Assembly (NCBI GenBank): GCA_026414805.1
Contig: JAOAIH010000003.1
Span: 26,314-90,313, forward strand
Direction of reading: 5' to 3'
From: Spirochaetota bacterium
GTDB taxonomy: Bacteria; Spirochaetota; UBA4802; UB4802
DNA: 64,000 bases
A program made the translations under genes and the position numbers. The notes below the pieces were generated by a model. It saw only the letters and a list, made by a program, of their open reading frames with translations. It was not told the origin of the DNA and made no database searches. Below, piece after piece: positions 38,106-47,918 of this stretch (position 1 is its first letter; every line of letters starts with the position of its first letter).

Positions 38106-39374
38106 TTAGTTACAAGAAATAGATCCTGGTTGCTGGCAATCTGAACATTCAATCGTAACAAAAGTATCACCTCCTTCAACAATACTGCCAAGCCAGTCTA
38201 CAAACCTAACACCATTTACTGTGAGAGTATACACTTCATTAGTCATGAGTATAGTATGGACATCACCGGGTGCAATATAGTAGCTGTAATTTTTTGGATT
38301 GTGAGTAATATTTGAGTATGTAGTTTCTAATATATCGAGCATGTTTGTATGCCACTGACACCATACACTATCGACAGGATTATACCAGTTTTTATAATCA
38401 TCACCAGGATTTTCTATATTTAACATAACATTATAGAAGAAAACCTGATTTTCATCCCATGCGGCTGTATATTGAGCAAAGCGATAGTTACTGTAAAAAT
38501 TTGCAATTGTTGAATAAAGATCTGCAATTGTTAAATTGTCGATATTGTACCCACTGAATTGATTAAAAGATCCAATATCAGGTAATGATGCTCCCCATAG
38601 AGTATCAATATTCTGTTTGAATTCATCAGTGATTACACCATTGCCTGCATCACCCAACAGGTGCACTTGGGAATCCTGAAATTCTTCTGCAATATAGGGT
38701 AAATTAAAAATTGCCCCATACGAACCTGCACTTATCCCGGTTACAAAAATGACATCAGGGTCAGGATTTTTAAAATGATTTCTTAACCATTCTAATACTA
38801 GTTGAAAGTTAACATGGCCACGGTGGCGTATTGTTGCACTTGGTGAGCCATCTTTAGTATACTCTGTATCCTGTTTTCCCCAGTGTAGATCACCAGTACA
38901 ATAAGGTATATACACAAAATTCCAGTCTTTAAAAGGATTTTCTGCATTGGTAAAATCGAATATGCCACTGTAGCCCATTGACTTTGCCTGTCCATTGCTA
39001 ATTAAATCAAGGATATTAGCATCGTCATAGTACATAAGTTCTTCTGAATAAGTGGGTTTTGCTACGCAGTTGTTGTAGTGCCAGCAAGCACCACCACCTT
39101 GGAAATATATAACAAGTTTATTAACAGTACCGTAACGTACAAAAAATAAAAATTTAGAGTTTGCTGCTGCAGGATGATTTGAGCAGGATGGTGATAAGTT
39201 ATTATATACAAATTGTGAATACACGCCATCGTCAGCTGTTTCCCAATCAATCTGCTGCCAGTAATTTATCAAAGTATCTGAATTACTATCAGAACCTGAC
39301 TCCCCACAATGTATGAGGAAAACAATAGTGCTGAATATAACAAGTACAAGCATATGCTTATATTTCATGAGCAA
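38106..39374 (-). CDS. Pectinacetylesterase/Notum-family lipoprotein
   Basis: Lipobox LIH-C, FQGGGACW, YIPYCTGDLHWG, nucleophile GISAG, C-terminal H in PGDVHT. Confidence 0.8.
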   Translation of the reverse strand: MLMKYKHMLVLVIFSTIVFLIHCGESGSDSNSDTLINYWQQIDWETADDGVYSQFVYNNLSPSCSNHPAAANSKFLFFVRYGTVNKLVIYFQGGGACWHYNNCVAKPTYSEELMYYDDANILDLISNGQAKSMGYSGIFDFTNAENPFKDWNFVYIPYCTGDLHWGKQDTEYTKDGSPSATIRHRGHVNFQLVLEWLRNHFKNPDPDVIFVTGISAGSYGAIFNLPYIAEEFQDSQVHLLGDAGNGVITDEFKQNIDTLWGASLPDIGSFNQFSGYNIDNLTIADLYSTIANFYSNYRFAQYTAAWDENQVFFYNVMLNIENPGDDYKNWYNPVDSVWCQWHTNMLDILETTYSNITHNPKNYSYYIAPGDVHTILMTNEVYTLTVNGVRFVDWLGSIVEGGDTFVTIECSDCQQPGSISCN

Positions 39375-39522
39375 ACCTCCGATATATATTTCTTGTTTTT
39401 AAAGTATAAAAAAAATAATAAAAAGGCAATCAAAGCTTGCTGTAAAAGCCAGAATTACTAAGCCATTGAAGGTAAATACATTTTATGGGATATTTTCATT
39501 TTGTTCAGTTATTTGAATACGT

Positions 39523-39553
39523 AAAAAAGGCAGGAATATTTCCTGCCTTTTTT
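39523..39553 (-). terminator. Intrinsic terminator after the DUF2892-like gene
   Basis: AAAAAAGGCAGGAA-TAT-TTCCTGCCTTTTTT perfect stem. Confidence 0.85.
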
Positions 39554-39577
39554 AAAGAACATATATAGATGTAAATG

Positions 39578-39805
39578 TTATTCAACTTCCGAAGCACATG
39601 ATTCCTTGCAGGTGCTTATCTTTAAAAGGTCGTATGCCCAGCAATAACCACTGTATGCAGAGTATAATACAGCCAATCCCAGAGCTAAAAGAATAATAGT
39701 TCCTATAGCACCCGGTTTTAATATAATTATATTAAGTAAAAATGAAACCCCAATTAAAACTCTGATATACCTGTCAGCTGGACCAACATTCTTTTTCATA
39801 TTCAT
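39578..39805 (-). CDS. DUF2892/YgaP-like small membrane protein
   Basis: MKKNVGPADRYIR, two TM segments, GYCWAY..KISTC. Confidence 0.8.
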   Translation of the reverse strand: MNMKKNVGPADRYIRVLIGVSFLLNIIILKPGAIGTIILLALGLAVLYSAYSGYCWAYDLLKISTCKESCASEVE

Positions 39806-39891
39806 ATATCACCTCTGTATAGCAAAATTATAATATAAGGAATTATCTCAAAGTAAATGTTTTTACAGAATAAAAATATGGCAAGTATTTT

Positions 39892-40812
39892 TTATAATTT
39901 ATTGTTTAAATTTTCTTGTAACATCGATGGAACACAGCCATTGCAGGTAAAGGGATGGCGCAGTGTAATATTAATGTCATAAGAACTTTTAAATGCCTCT
40001 GATTCATGGTCACGTAATCTAATTAGTACTTTATCAGAACCCTCCTGGAAGAAGAATATACGTGATTCCACATTGGTTGTTGGATCTTTTCTAATGCCGC
40101 ACACATTGATAAAGAGTATATTTCCAAATTCAGGGGCTATGCGGCTGTTTTGTCTAAGCCATGCTGGCATATGAATATGCCCGCTTACCCATATATCTAC
40201 ATGATATTTTTTTAAAACTTTCTCAAAACGCCATGAATCCAATATCATGTGTTTTTTTGAAAAAGATCCAAGCAATTTACTGTTTTGTAATGGAGCGTGG
40301 GTTATGGTAATAATAATTTTATCTTGATTGGATATCACAATATTTTTCCACCAGTTAAATGTTTCGTTGGAAAGGTATGTGGGTGGTCTTCCCCGTTCAT
40401 TTGACATAAATATAAAAAGGACATTCCCAAAACTAACAGTGTATTTCAATGGTTTCCCTATATATTTTTGATATCCTGACATGTTTTTCCATTCATGGTT
40501 ACCTGCAATTTCATACCAGTATTGAATATTTGCAAGTTTTCTAACTTCAAGAAACCATTCAAAATCTTCATCAGAAGTTTTATGCTGTACAATATCTCCT
40601 GCTATAATGGCTATCATGGGGTATGGATGTATATTTTTCAAATCTTCAATTGCTCTTTTATAGTGCCATCTGTCTGCTTTATGTACGGGCTGTATATCAG
40701 AATGTACCCAGATAGAATATGTTGGAACGCCGGGAATATGGTGTTTACAACATGCCGGTAATGTAAATGTGAAAAATAATAAGAGAATTATAATGGTATG
40801 GTATTTTTTCAT
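39892..40812 (-). CDS. Metallophosphoesterase (calcineurin-like), probable lipoprotein
   Basis: SDIQ, AGD, GNHE, THAP, SGHIH; signal ending LPA-C. Confidence 0.85.
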   Translation of the reverse strand: MKKYHTIIILLLFFTFTLPACCKHHIPGVPTYSIWVHSDIQPVHKADRWHYKRAIEDLKNIHPYPMIAIIAGDIVQHKTSDEDFEWFLEVRKLANIQYWYEIAGNHEWKNMSGYQKYIGKPLKYTVSFGNVLFIFMSNERGRPPTYLSNETFNWWKNIVISNQDKIIITITHAPLQNSKLLGSFSKKHMILDSWRFEKVLKKYHVDIWVSGHIHMPAWLRQNSRIAPEFGNILFINVCGIRKDPTTNVESRIFFFQEGSDKVLIRLRDHESEAFKSSYDINITLRHPFTCNGCVPSMLQENLNNKL

Positions 40813-40933
40813 TGGATTTTTACTATGAGCTATCGCACAAAACCTTTATTGATTTTGAAAAAAATATTGCAACAAATACAATATTGTATCATAATAAACA
40901 TTAAATCAAGTTAATTTTGAAAGCAAGAGAGTT

Positions 40934-42163
40934 ATGGATAAAGATAATATCACAATAGATACTTCCCGGTTTCAGGAGATATCAATATCATATTTAAAAA
41001 AATTGAGCGGCGATAAATTGCTTACTTTTGATGTTCTTGATCAAAATGGCAATACAGTTTTTTCTGCAGGTCAGGCACTGGATGATGAAGTGCTAAAAAA
41101 GAAGTCCGAAGAAGGTGTAAAGTTTTTTATTCCACGAGTTACTGAAACTATTGGTGTATATGATCGTGAAATTATCGACATGAAGAAACTGAAGGCTATT
41201 GCAGATGATACTGCTACCATGTATGTTGACATTCGAAAGACTGGAAGGATGTCGTATGAGCAATTTTTACAGTCACACAACCAGCTGGCAGCTGTAGTTG
41301 ATAGCCTGAGAGCTGAAGATAAAACAGGTGGGGTATTGTCGCTTCTAAAAGAGATTAAAGAATTTGATTTTATCACCTATACGCATTCAGTTAATGTTGG
41401 TATTTTGGCTATGATTTTGGTATATAAGGAGTTGTCAACAGGCGATAAGGTTAAATTGGCAGCTTTGGCCGGATACCTTCACGATATTGGCAAATTGAGA
41501 GTTGATCAGTCAATAATCCAAAAACCCGGTTTGTTGTCATATGATGAATTTAAAAAAGTTCTTGAGCATACTCGTGAAGGGTACAGAATACTTGACAGTG
41601 TAACAGACTCCTCGGGGCGTAAAGTTGTTCCCAATATTATAAAATACGTTGCATTGTTTCATCACCGTAAGTTGCAAAGCCCAGGCTATCCATTCCGTGA
41701 TGATGAAAAGGACAAAACGCGGGAGACTCAGTACAATGAACTGCCTGATCTTGCACGAATCATGGGCATTTGCGATATGTATGATGCACTAACGAGCGCT
41801 ACCCCGTTTAGAATGCCTATGTCAGTGGAAAAGGCGTTGCGCTATATTCTCAACCTTTCTAATTATCTCTATTCTACTGATGATGTGCACCGTTTTATTA
41901 AAGTTTTGGGATTATCGCTTAACAAGGGTAATCCTTTTTTGCGTGTAGGTGATTTTATAATGCTTGAATCTGAAAAAGTTAGCCTGGATACACGAAAAAA
42001 GATAAGGGTATATGAGATAGCGCGTATTGAAGACATATCACGTGTTAATTTTATGAATCCTAAAGTGATGATCTTTTATGATGTGGTGAAGAATAAAAAG
42101 CTTAATAATATAACTGTAGATCTGCGATATGAGACCAGCCGTAGAATCTGTGCGTGTGTTTGA
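40934..42163 (+). CDS. HD-GYP-type cyclic-dinucleotide phosphodiesterase
   Basis: THSVNV, LHDIGK, HH...PGYP, CDMYDALTS; the usual RPY motif reads TPF. Confidence 0.8.
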   Translation: MDKDNITIDTSRFQEISISYLKKLSGDKLLTFDVLDQNGNTVFSAGQALDDEVLKKKSEEGVKFFIPRVTETIGVYDREIIDMKKLKAIADDTATMYVDIRKTGRMSYEQFLQSHNQLAAVVDSLRAEDKTGGVLSLLKEIKEFDFITYTHSVNVGILAMILVYKELSTGDKVKLAALAGYLHDIGKLRVDQSIIQKPGLLSYDEFKKVLEHTREGYRILDSVTDSSGRKVVPNIIKYVALFHHRKLQSPGYPFRDDEKDKTRETQYNELPDLARIMGICDMYDALTSATPFRMPMSVEKALRYILNLSNYLYSTDDVHRFIKVLGLSLNKGNPFLRVGDFIMLESEKVSLDTRKKIRVYEIARIEDISRVNFMNPKVMIFYDVVKNKKLNNITVDLRYETSRRICACV

Positions 42164-42214
42164 AAGCACACGTATTCGCGAAATGTTGTTGCGACAGCTC
42201 AAATAGGTGACACT

Positions 42215-42583
42215 ATGAATCCAATATTACTTGTGTTTGATAATGATAGGTTTGCTCAGTTCCTGCAGTTTGTACTCACTACTGCGGGTTTTTCAATTGA
42301 ACGCTGCAATGACCCTTTAGCACTGTTTGAAAAGGTAAAAGAAACAAATCCTCGGCTTATAGTAATGGATATCTTTTTAAAGCATATAGACGGCCTTTAT
42401 TTGCTGGAACGTTTGTATGCTGTCAAGGAATATGCACAAATTCCAGTCCTTATTGTATCTTCCCGCAATGAGCCTCTTGCTGTTTTTGATGCACTTGAAC
42501 GCGGTGCTGCCGATTATTTAGCTGCTCCCATAAACGAAGACATGCTGATTGAAAAAGTTAAAAAATTATTGAAAGTGGGCTGA
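42215..42583 (+). CDS. Single-domain response regulator (atypical)
   Basis: LIVMDI..IDG, VSS, GAADYL; the conserved KP reads AP. Confidence 0.8.
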   Translation: MNPILLVFDNDRFAQFLQFVLTTAGFSIERCNDPLALFEKVKETNPRLIVMDIFLKHIDGLYLLERLYAVKEYAQIPVLIVSSRNEPLAVFDALERGAADYLAAPINEDMLIEKVKKLLKVG

Positions 42584-42751
42584 TACAACACTGTTGTAGT
42601 ATAGTGATTGCATCCGACAAATATTATAGTTGTACATGAGCAGAATATTCTCACAAATTGTGCTGTGGCTTGAAAGAGGCCATTAATGATAACATTAATG
42701 AAAATTAAGAAACAGTTGAGTATACCATTTCATTATCTGAGGTGTTTAATT

Positions 42752-43783
42752 ATGAAGAAATTATTTATTTTGCTAATAATTCTTTTTTCAGGATGTTCCT
42801 CATTTACTAGCCAGTATCAGCAAAATAAATCTCAATATAATAATATTCAGTCAGGTGAAACTACCGTCAATGTCTATCAGATTGCAGACAGTCTTGAATT
42901 CAACGAAGTGTGGGCATATCTCATGAAAGGCGAAGAAGACAGAATGATGGGTAGTGAACCAATCACTGACCTTTGTTATTTCAGTGCAAAAGTAAGTGGT
43001 AGGGGCCAGATAATTGGTGATTATGCGCCACCGTCAATTACATTTAATAAAAAAATACGGCATCATATCGTAATAGCAGTTATTGATAATTTTGCACTGT
43101 TGCATTTTATACTTAATCCTGATTTACCGGTGCGTAAAAATTTTATTCAAGATGTATGCAGAATAGCTTCAAAATTTGATGGAGTGCAAATTGATTTTGA
43201 ATCAGTTGCCTCTTCAGATGCTGCCTGGTTCTTCAGTTTTTTAACTGAACTGCGAGCTGCCCTTGATAAAAGCAAAATGCTATCTGTGGCACTACCTGCG
43301 CGAAGAACGCGAATAGCCGATGCGTATGACTACCCTTCAATTGCTGCTATTGTTGATAGGGTTATTGTTATGGCATATGACCAGCACTGGTCAGGAAGCA
43401 CCCCGGGACCAGTTGCAAGCCTGTCATGGTGTAGGGAAGTTGCTGATTTTGCAAAAAGTTTTATTCCAAAAGAAAAGCTAATTATGGGCTTGCCATTATA
43501 TGGCCGATCATGGCAGGACAAAAATTTTAACAAGTCGGTTCATTATAGGCATGTTGAGGAGATGATAAAAACATCAAATATACAACCAAAATATGATCCC
43601 GAAAATGGTGCCTATTTTGAATATGAAGAAACAGTAAAGGTTAGAGTATATTATACGGATCAACGAGCAATTTATGATCGCCTTAAACTTTATTCATCGA
43701 TGGCTGTTGAAAATGTTGCATTCTGGCGAATAGGTCAGGGGCCAAGCGGTATGTGGCAGGGTATAAGTGCCAAAAGCCTGTAA
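42752..43783 (+). CDS. Glycoside hydrolase family 18 lipoprotein
   Basis: Lipobox FSG-C, DGVQIDFE, VMAYD, MGLPLYG, VAFWRIG; start moved to the ATG at 42752 after GAGGTG. Confidence 0.85.
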   Translation: MKKLFILLIILFSGCSSFTSQYQQNKSQYNNIQSGETTVNVYQIADSLEFNEVWAYLMKGEEDRMMGSEPITDLCYFSAKVSGRGQIIGDYAPPSITFNKKIRHHIVIAVIDNFALLHFILNPDLPVRKNFIQDVCRIASKFDGVQIDFESVASSDAAWFFSFLTELRAALDKSKMLSVALPARRTRIADAYDYPSIAAIVDRVIVMAYDQHWSGSTPGPVASLSWCREVADFAKSFIPKEKLIMGLPLYGRSWQDKNFNKSVHYRHVEEMIKTSNIQPKYDPENGAYFEYEETVKVRVYYTDQRAIYDRLKLYSSMAVENVAFWRIGQGPSGMWQGISAKSL

Positions 43784-43798
43784 ATGTACACATAAAAG

Positions 43799-44341
43799 AT
43801 GAAAAAATTACAATATGAAGACTTAAAACTCAAACGCCCCAATTTGCAACAGTTATTTAGATTGCCACGATTCCCTGTAGTAACTGTCCTTGAAAATATT
43901 CGTAGTTTGTATAATGTTGGTTCTATGTTCAGAAGTGCCGATGCAGCACGCATAGCATATATGTATTTATGTGGATATACACCACATCCTCCACGAAAAG
44001 AAATTGAAAAGACTGCTCTTGGCAGCACCGAAAGCGTCCCATGGGAGCATTCAATAAAACCTGTGTCAGTTATTACAATGTTGAAAAATCAAGGCTTTGT
44101 CATTGCAGCACTTGAACATACTACAACCAGCATTTCATATTTTGAATATGCATATAATTATCCTCTATGTATAGTTGTTGGTAATGAGGTTGATGGCATC
44201 AGCAGTGAAATTCTTTCATTATGTGATGTTGCTCTTGAAATTCCAATGTTTGGGATTAAGCACTCTCTCAATGTAGCGGTTGCGTATGGTATTGTTGTGC
44301 ATCATGCAGTTATGGTATATCAATCACGATATATGAAATAA
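43799..44341 (+). CDS. TrmH/SpoU-family RNA methyltransferase
   Basis: NIRSLYNVGSMFR, GNEVDGI, SLNVAVA. Confidence 0.9.
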   Translation: MKKLQYEDLKLKRPNLQQLFRLPRFPVVTVLENIRSLYNVGSMFRSADAARIAYMYLCGYTPHPPRKEIEKTALGSTESVPWEHSIKPVSVITMLKNQGFVIAALEHTTTSISYFEYAYNYPLCIVVGNEVDGISSEILSLCDVALEIPMFGIKHSLNVAVAYGIVVHHAVMVYQSRYMK

Positions 44342-44343
44342 TT

Positions 44344-45507
44344 ATGAATAGAGTAATCTTAAAAAAAGGCAAAGAAAAATCAGTACTTCAAAAGCATCCA
44401 TGGATTTTTTCTGGGGCGATAGCTCATGCAGAAGCCCTTGATGGTAAGGTAGCTTGTGTGTGTGCATCAGATGGAACAGTGCTTGCGTGGGGATACTATA
44501 ACAGCCGCTGTGACATAGCTGTACGAATATTGAGCTTTGAAAGTACAATGCCGGATAATGATCTTATTATAAAAAGAATCACACAAGCACTTGTTGCACG
44601 AAAAATTGCTGGAATACCACAATGTACAAATGCCTATCGCATTATTCACTCAGAAGGTGATTTTTTGCCAGGACTTATAGTTGATTGGTATAATGGACAC
44701 TGTGTAATGCAGATTTTGACGTTGGGGATGGATCAATTAAAAGGAGCTATCGCCCAAATACTTATAGATATGCTAAAGCCAGTAAGTATTTATGAACGCA
44801 GTGACCATGAGGGAAGAAAAATTGAAGGTTTGCATACTGTTAATCAGCAGGTGTACGGTGTAACGCCTGAATTGATTGAAATAAATGAAAATGGAATGAG
44901 ATTTTATGTTGATGTACGGCGTGGACAGAAAACAGGATTTTTTTGTGATCAGCGTGATAACAGGAAAATTGTAAAAGTGTTAGCAGAGGCAAAAGATGTG
45001 TTAAATTTGTTCTCATATTCAGGAGGTTTTTCAGTTGCAGCTCTGTCAGGAGGTGCAGGGCATGCAGTATCAATTGATAGCTCTCAGGATGCTCTTGATT
45101 TAGCAGTAACAAACTGTACATTAAATGAATTGCATGCTAGGCACACAGTTGTAAAAGCAAATGTATTTGATTATATCAATGAACAGAATATTTCACAAAA
45201 TTTTATAATATGTGATCCGCCCGCTCTTGCAAAAAATAAAGCAGGAGTAAAAAATGCCTTGCGTGGCTACAAAGAGCTAAACCTTAAAATAATTAAGAAG
45301 GCTCCACATAATTCATTGTTGCTTACCTGTTCTTGTTCAAGGTTTATTGATAGCAAGCTTTTTCAGCAAGTAGTATTTGGTGCAGCAATGGATGCAGGTC
45401 GTGATGTACAAATACTTTCTAAATTTTCACAGCCTGCAGATCATCCGGTGTCACTATATTGTCCCGAAACAGAGTATTTAAAAGCTTTGCTGTTATATAT
45501 ACATTAG
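44344..45507 (+). CDS. rlmI: RlmI-like rRNA m5C methyltransferase
   Basis: PUA domain HPWIF, SEGDFLPGLIVD, GQKTGFFCDQR, FSYSGGF, DPP, TCSCS. Confidence 0.85.
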   Translation: MNRVILKKGKEKSVLQKHPWIFSGAIAHAEALDGKVACVCASDGTVLAWGYYNSRCDIAVRILSFESTMPDNDLIIKRITQALVARKIAGIPQCTNAYRIIHSEGDFLPGLIVDWYNGHCVMQILTLGMDQLKGAIAQILIDMLKPVSIYERSDHEGRKIEGLHTVNQQVYGVTPELIEINENGMRFYVDVRRGQKTGFFCDQRDNRKIVKVLAEAKDVLNLFSYSGGFSVAALSGGAGHAVSIDSSQDALDLAVTNCTLNELHARHTVVKANVFDYINEQNISQNFIICDPPALAKNKAGVKNALRGYKELNLKIIKKAPHNSLLLTCSCSRFIDSKLFQQVVFGAAMDAGRDVQILSKFSQPADHPVSLYCPETEYLKALLLYIH

Positions 45508-45718
45508 AAATAATATTTAATATTCTTAAAAAGAGTAAATTTCTACAAGAGTTGTTTATGCACTCTTCGGTGGACAATAATAAATAAAGGAAAGTTTAAT
45601 AGAGTGTTTGCTCTACATTTAGATTATATTTAATCTTTCAAATGTGATCTCTTCAAGAAGATTTGGTTCATAGCAATTAAAATCTTTTTAAAAAAATCAT
45701 TATTGTTAACAAAATATA

Positions 45719-45747
45719 TTGACAGAGCGATAATATACTACTATAAT
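45719..45747 (+). promoter_or_regulatory. Consensus sigma-70 promoter for nifU-nifS
   Basis: TTGACA-N17-TATAAT, exact consensus. Confidence 0.8.
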
Positions 45748-45844
45748 GGTAGTAATTACTGCATATTTGTGCTTTGAAAAATGAATTGATTTTTGGAGGT
45801 TGTGGCAATTGTAGTAATTTTAAAAGCACTGAAGGAGATTTTTT

Positions 45845-46687
45845 ATGTGGGAATATACAGAAAAGGTAAAGGAATTATATAAAAATCCAAAGAATGTTGG
45901 CGAAATACCTGATGCTGATGTTGTTGTTGAGGTTGGCAGCATTGTGTGTGGTGATGCTCTTACGCTTTACCTTAAGCTTGATGGTGACAAAATTGTTGAT
46001 GCAAAGTTCAAAACATTTGGATGTGGAAGTGCAATTGCCTCCTCATCGGCATTGACCGAGATGATTAAAGGGAAGACTGTTGATGAAGCTGCAAAGATTA
46101 CCAATAAAGATATAGTTGAATTTTTGGGTGGACTCCCCGACCAGAAGATGCACTGTTCGGTAATGGGGCAGGAGGCACTTGAAAAAGCCATAAAGAAAAT
46201 CAAGGGCCAAAAAATAGAAGATGAACACGAAGATGAAGGTGCCATTGTGTGTCAGTGTTTTGGTGTTTCGGAAAATTTAATACGCCGTGTTATTAATGAA
46301 AATAATCTTACCACTGTTGAAGAAGTGACCAATTATACAAAAGCAGGTGGTGCGTGTGGTTCGTGCATTCCAAAAATAGAAGATATTATAAAAGAAGAGC
46401 TAGACAAAGTAAAAGAAAAACCCCGTGTAGATATTAATATAAAACCAATGTCTAATTTAAAGAGGATGCAGCTTGTAGAAGAAACAATACAGAATGTCAT
46501 TCGCCCGGTACTTTTGCGTGATGGTGGTGATATTGAACTTATTGATATTGATGGAAAGAAAGTATACGTAGCATTACGTGGTCACTGTGCACACTGTGTT
46601 ATTTCTGATGTTACCATGAAAAACCTTGTACTGGAAAAATTGCGTGAGTATGTAGAAAACGATATTGAAGTAATAGAGGTGAAATAA
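45845..46687 (+). CDS. nifU: Fe-S cluster scaffold NifU (three-domain)
   Basis: GSIVCGD, FGCGSAIAS, HCSVM, CQCFG...GACGSC, GHCAHC. Confidence 0.92.
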   Translation: MWEYTEKVKELYKNPKNVGEIPDADVVVEVGSIVCGDALTLYLKLDGDKIVDAKFKTFGCGSAIASSSALTEMIKGKTVDEAAKITNKDIVEFLGGLPDQKMHCSVMGQEALEKAIKKIKGQKIEDEHEDEGAIVCQCFGVSENLIRRVINENNLTTVEEVTNYTKAGGACGSCIPKIEDIIKEELDKVKEKPRVDINIKPMSNLKRMQLVEETIQNVIRPVLLRDGGDIELIDIDGKKVYVALRGHCAHCVISDVTMKNLVLEKLREYVENDIEVIEVK

Positions 46688-47898
46688 TGCAAAATAGCAT
46701 AATATATCTTGATAACAATGCAACAACAATGGTGGCACCAGAGGTTATGGAAGCCATGATGCCATTTTTTATGGAACGATATGGCAATCCATCAAGTATG
46801 CATGATTTTGGTGGTGATGTTGCACATGATGTAGAGCGTGCTCGCCATAGTGTAGCACGGATGCTTGGCGCTGATTATGATTATGAGATAGTTTTTACCA
46901 GTGGTGCCACTGAAAGCGATAACATGGCAATACTGGGGACATTGCAGTATTACCGTGATAAAAAACATATAGTAACAACAAAAGTGGAACATCCTGCGGT
47001 GCTTAATCTATGCCGCCAGCTTGAACGTGAAGGATATTCTGTTACCTATGTTCCTGTTGACAGGGAAGGTAATCTGGATCTTGATTTTTTATTTGATGCA
47101 GTGACAAATGATACGGCAATAGTTTCGGTGATGTATGCTAATAATGAAACAGGTGTTATATTCCCTGTTGAAGAGATTGGTGCATTTTGCAAAAAGCGTG
47201 GTGTGCCATTTCATGTTGATGCAGTGCAGGCAATTGGGAAAATACCGGTTGATGTAAATAAAATTCAATGCGACTTGCTTGCAATTTCCGGTCATAAGTT
47301 TCATGCACCAAAGGGGATTGGTGTATTGTATGTGCGAAGAGGCACACGAATGAGACCGTTATTATACGGTGGACATCAAGAAAAAGCCAGAAGGCCTGGC
47401 ACGCATAATGTACCAGGGATAATTGGAATAGGGAAAGCCTCTGAGCTTGTCATAGAGCATCTTGCTAAACCTGAAGAAGTAGCTCGTGTAAAAAAACTAC
47501 GTGACCGTCTTGAAAATGGATTGCTGTCTCAATGTTCAAATGCTCATCTTAATGGAAACAAGGTTAAAAGGGTAGATAATACTACTAATATAGGATTTGA
47601 ATATATTGAAGGTGAGGCAATTCTACTGTATCTTAATGAAAAGGGGATAGCAGCATCATCTGGTTCGGCATGTTCTTCGGGTTCACTGGAGCCTTCACAT
47701 GTCCTTAGGGCAATGGGAGTGCCGTTTACATCAGCACATGGTTCAATTCGCTTTAGTTTAAGCCGTTACACCACTGAAGAAGAAATTGATTATACGTTGC
47801 AGGTGATGCCAGAGGTAGTAAATAGATTGCTTGAAATTTCGCCATACTGGGATGCAAAAAATAAAAAAGGCAAACCCATTACTGAGCTTGCCCGCTAA
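46687..47898 (+). CDS. nifS: Cysteine desulfurase NifS
   Basis: YLDNNATT, ANNETG, HVDAVQ, SGHKFH, SSGSACSS. Confidence 0.93.
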   Translation: MQNSIIYLDNNATTMVAPEVMEAMMPFFMERYGNPSSMHDFGGDVAHDVERARHSVARMLGADYDYEIVFTSGATESDNMAILGTLQYYRDKKHIVTTKVEHPAVLNLCRQLEREGYSVTYVPVDREGNLDLDFLFDAVTNDTAIVSVMYANNETGVIFPVEEIGAFCKKRGVPFHVDAVQAIGKIPVDVNKIQCDLLAISGHKFHAPKGIGVLYVRRGTRMRPLLYGGHQEKARRPGTHNVPGIIGIGKASELVIEHLAKPEEVARVKKLRDRLENGLLSQCSNAHLNGNKVKRVDNTTNIGFEYIEGEAILLYLNEKGIAASSGSACSSGSLEPSHVLRAMGVPFTSAHGSIRFSLSRYTTEEEIDYTLQVMPEVVNRLLEISPYWDAKNKKGKPITELAR

Positions 47899-47918
47899 TT
47901 GTTATGTAAAAAAATGAT

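Noticed and set aside
42600-42720. Possible c-di-GMP-I riboswitch (GCTTGAAAGAGGCC) downstream of the HD-GYP/REC genes
   Set aside because: A GAAA loop is present, but the GGCAAA and GACGCAAAGC consensus elements are not; an Rfam search would be needed.
45845-47898. nifU-nifS as evidence of nitrogen fixation
   Set aside because: No nitrogenase genes are in the window, and NIF-type Fe-S assembly is a housekeeping system in many anaerobes.
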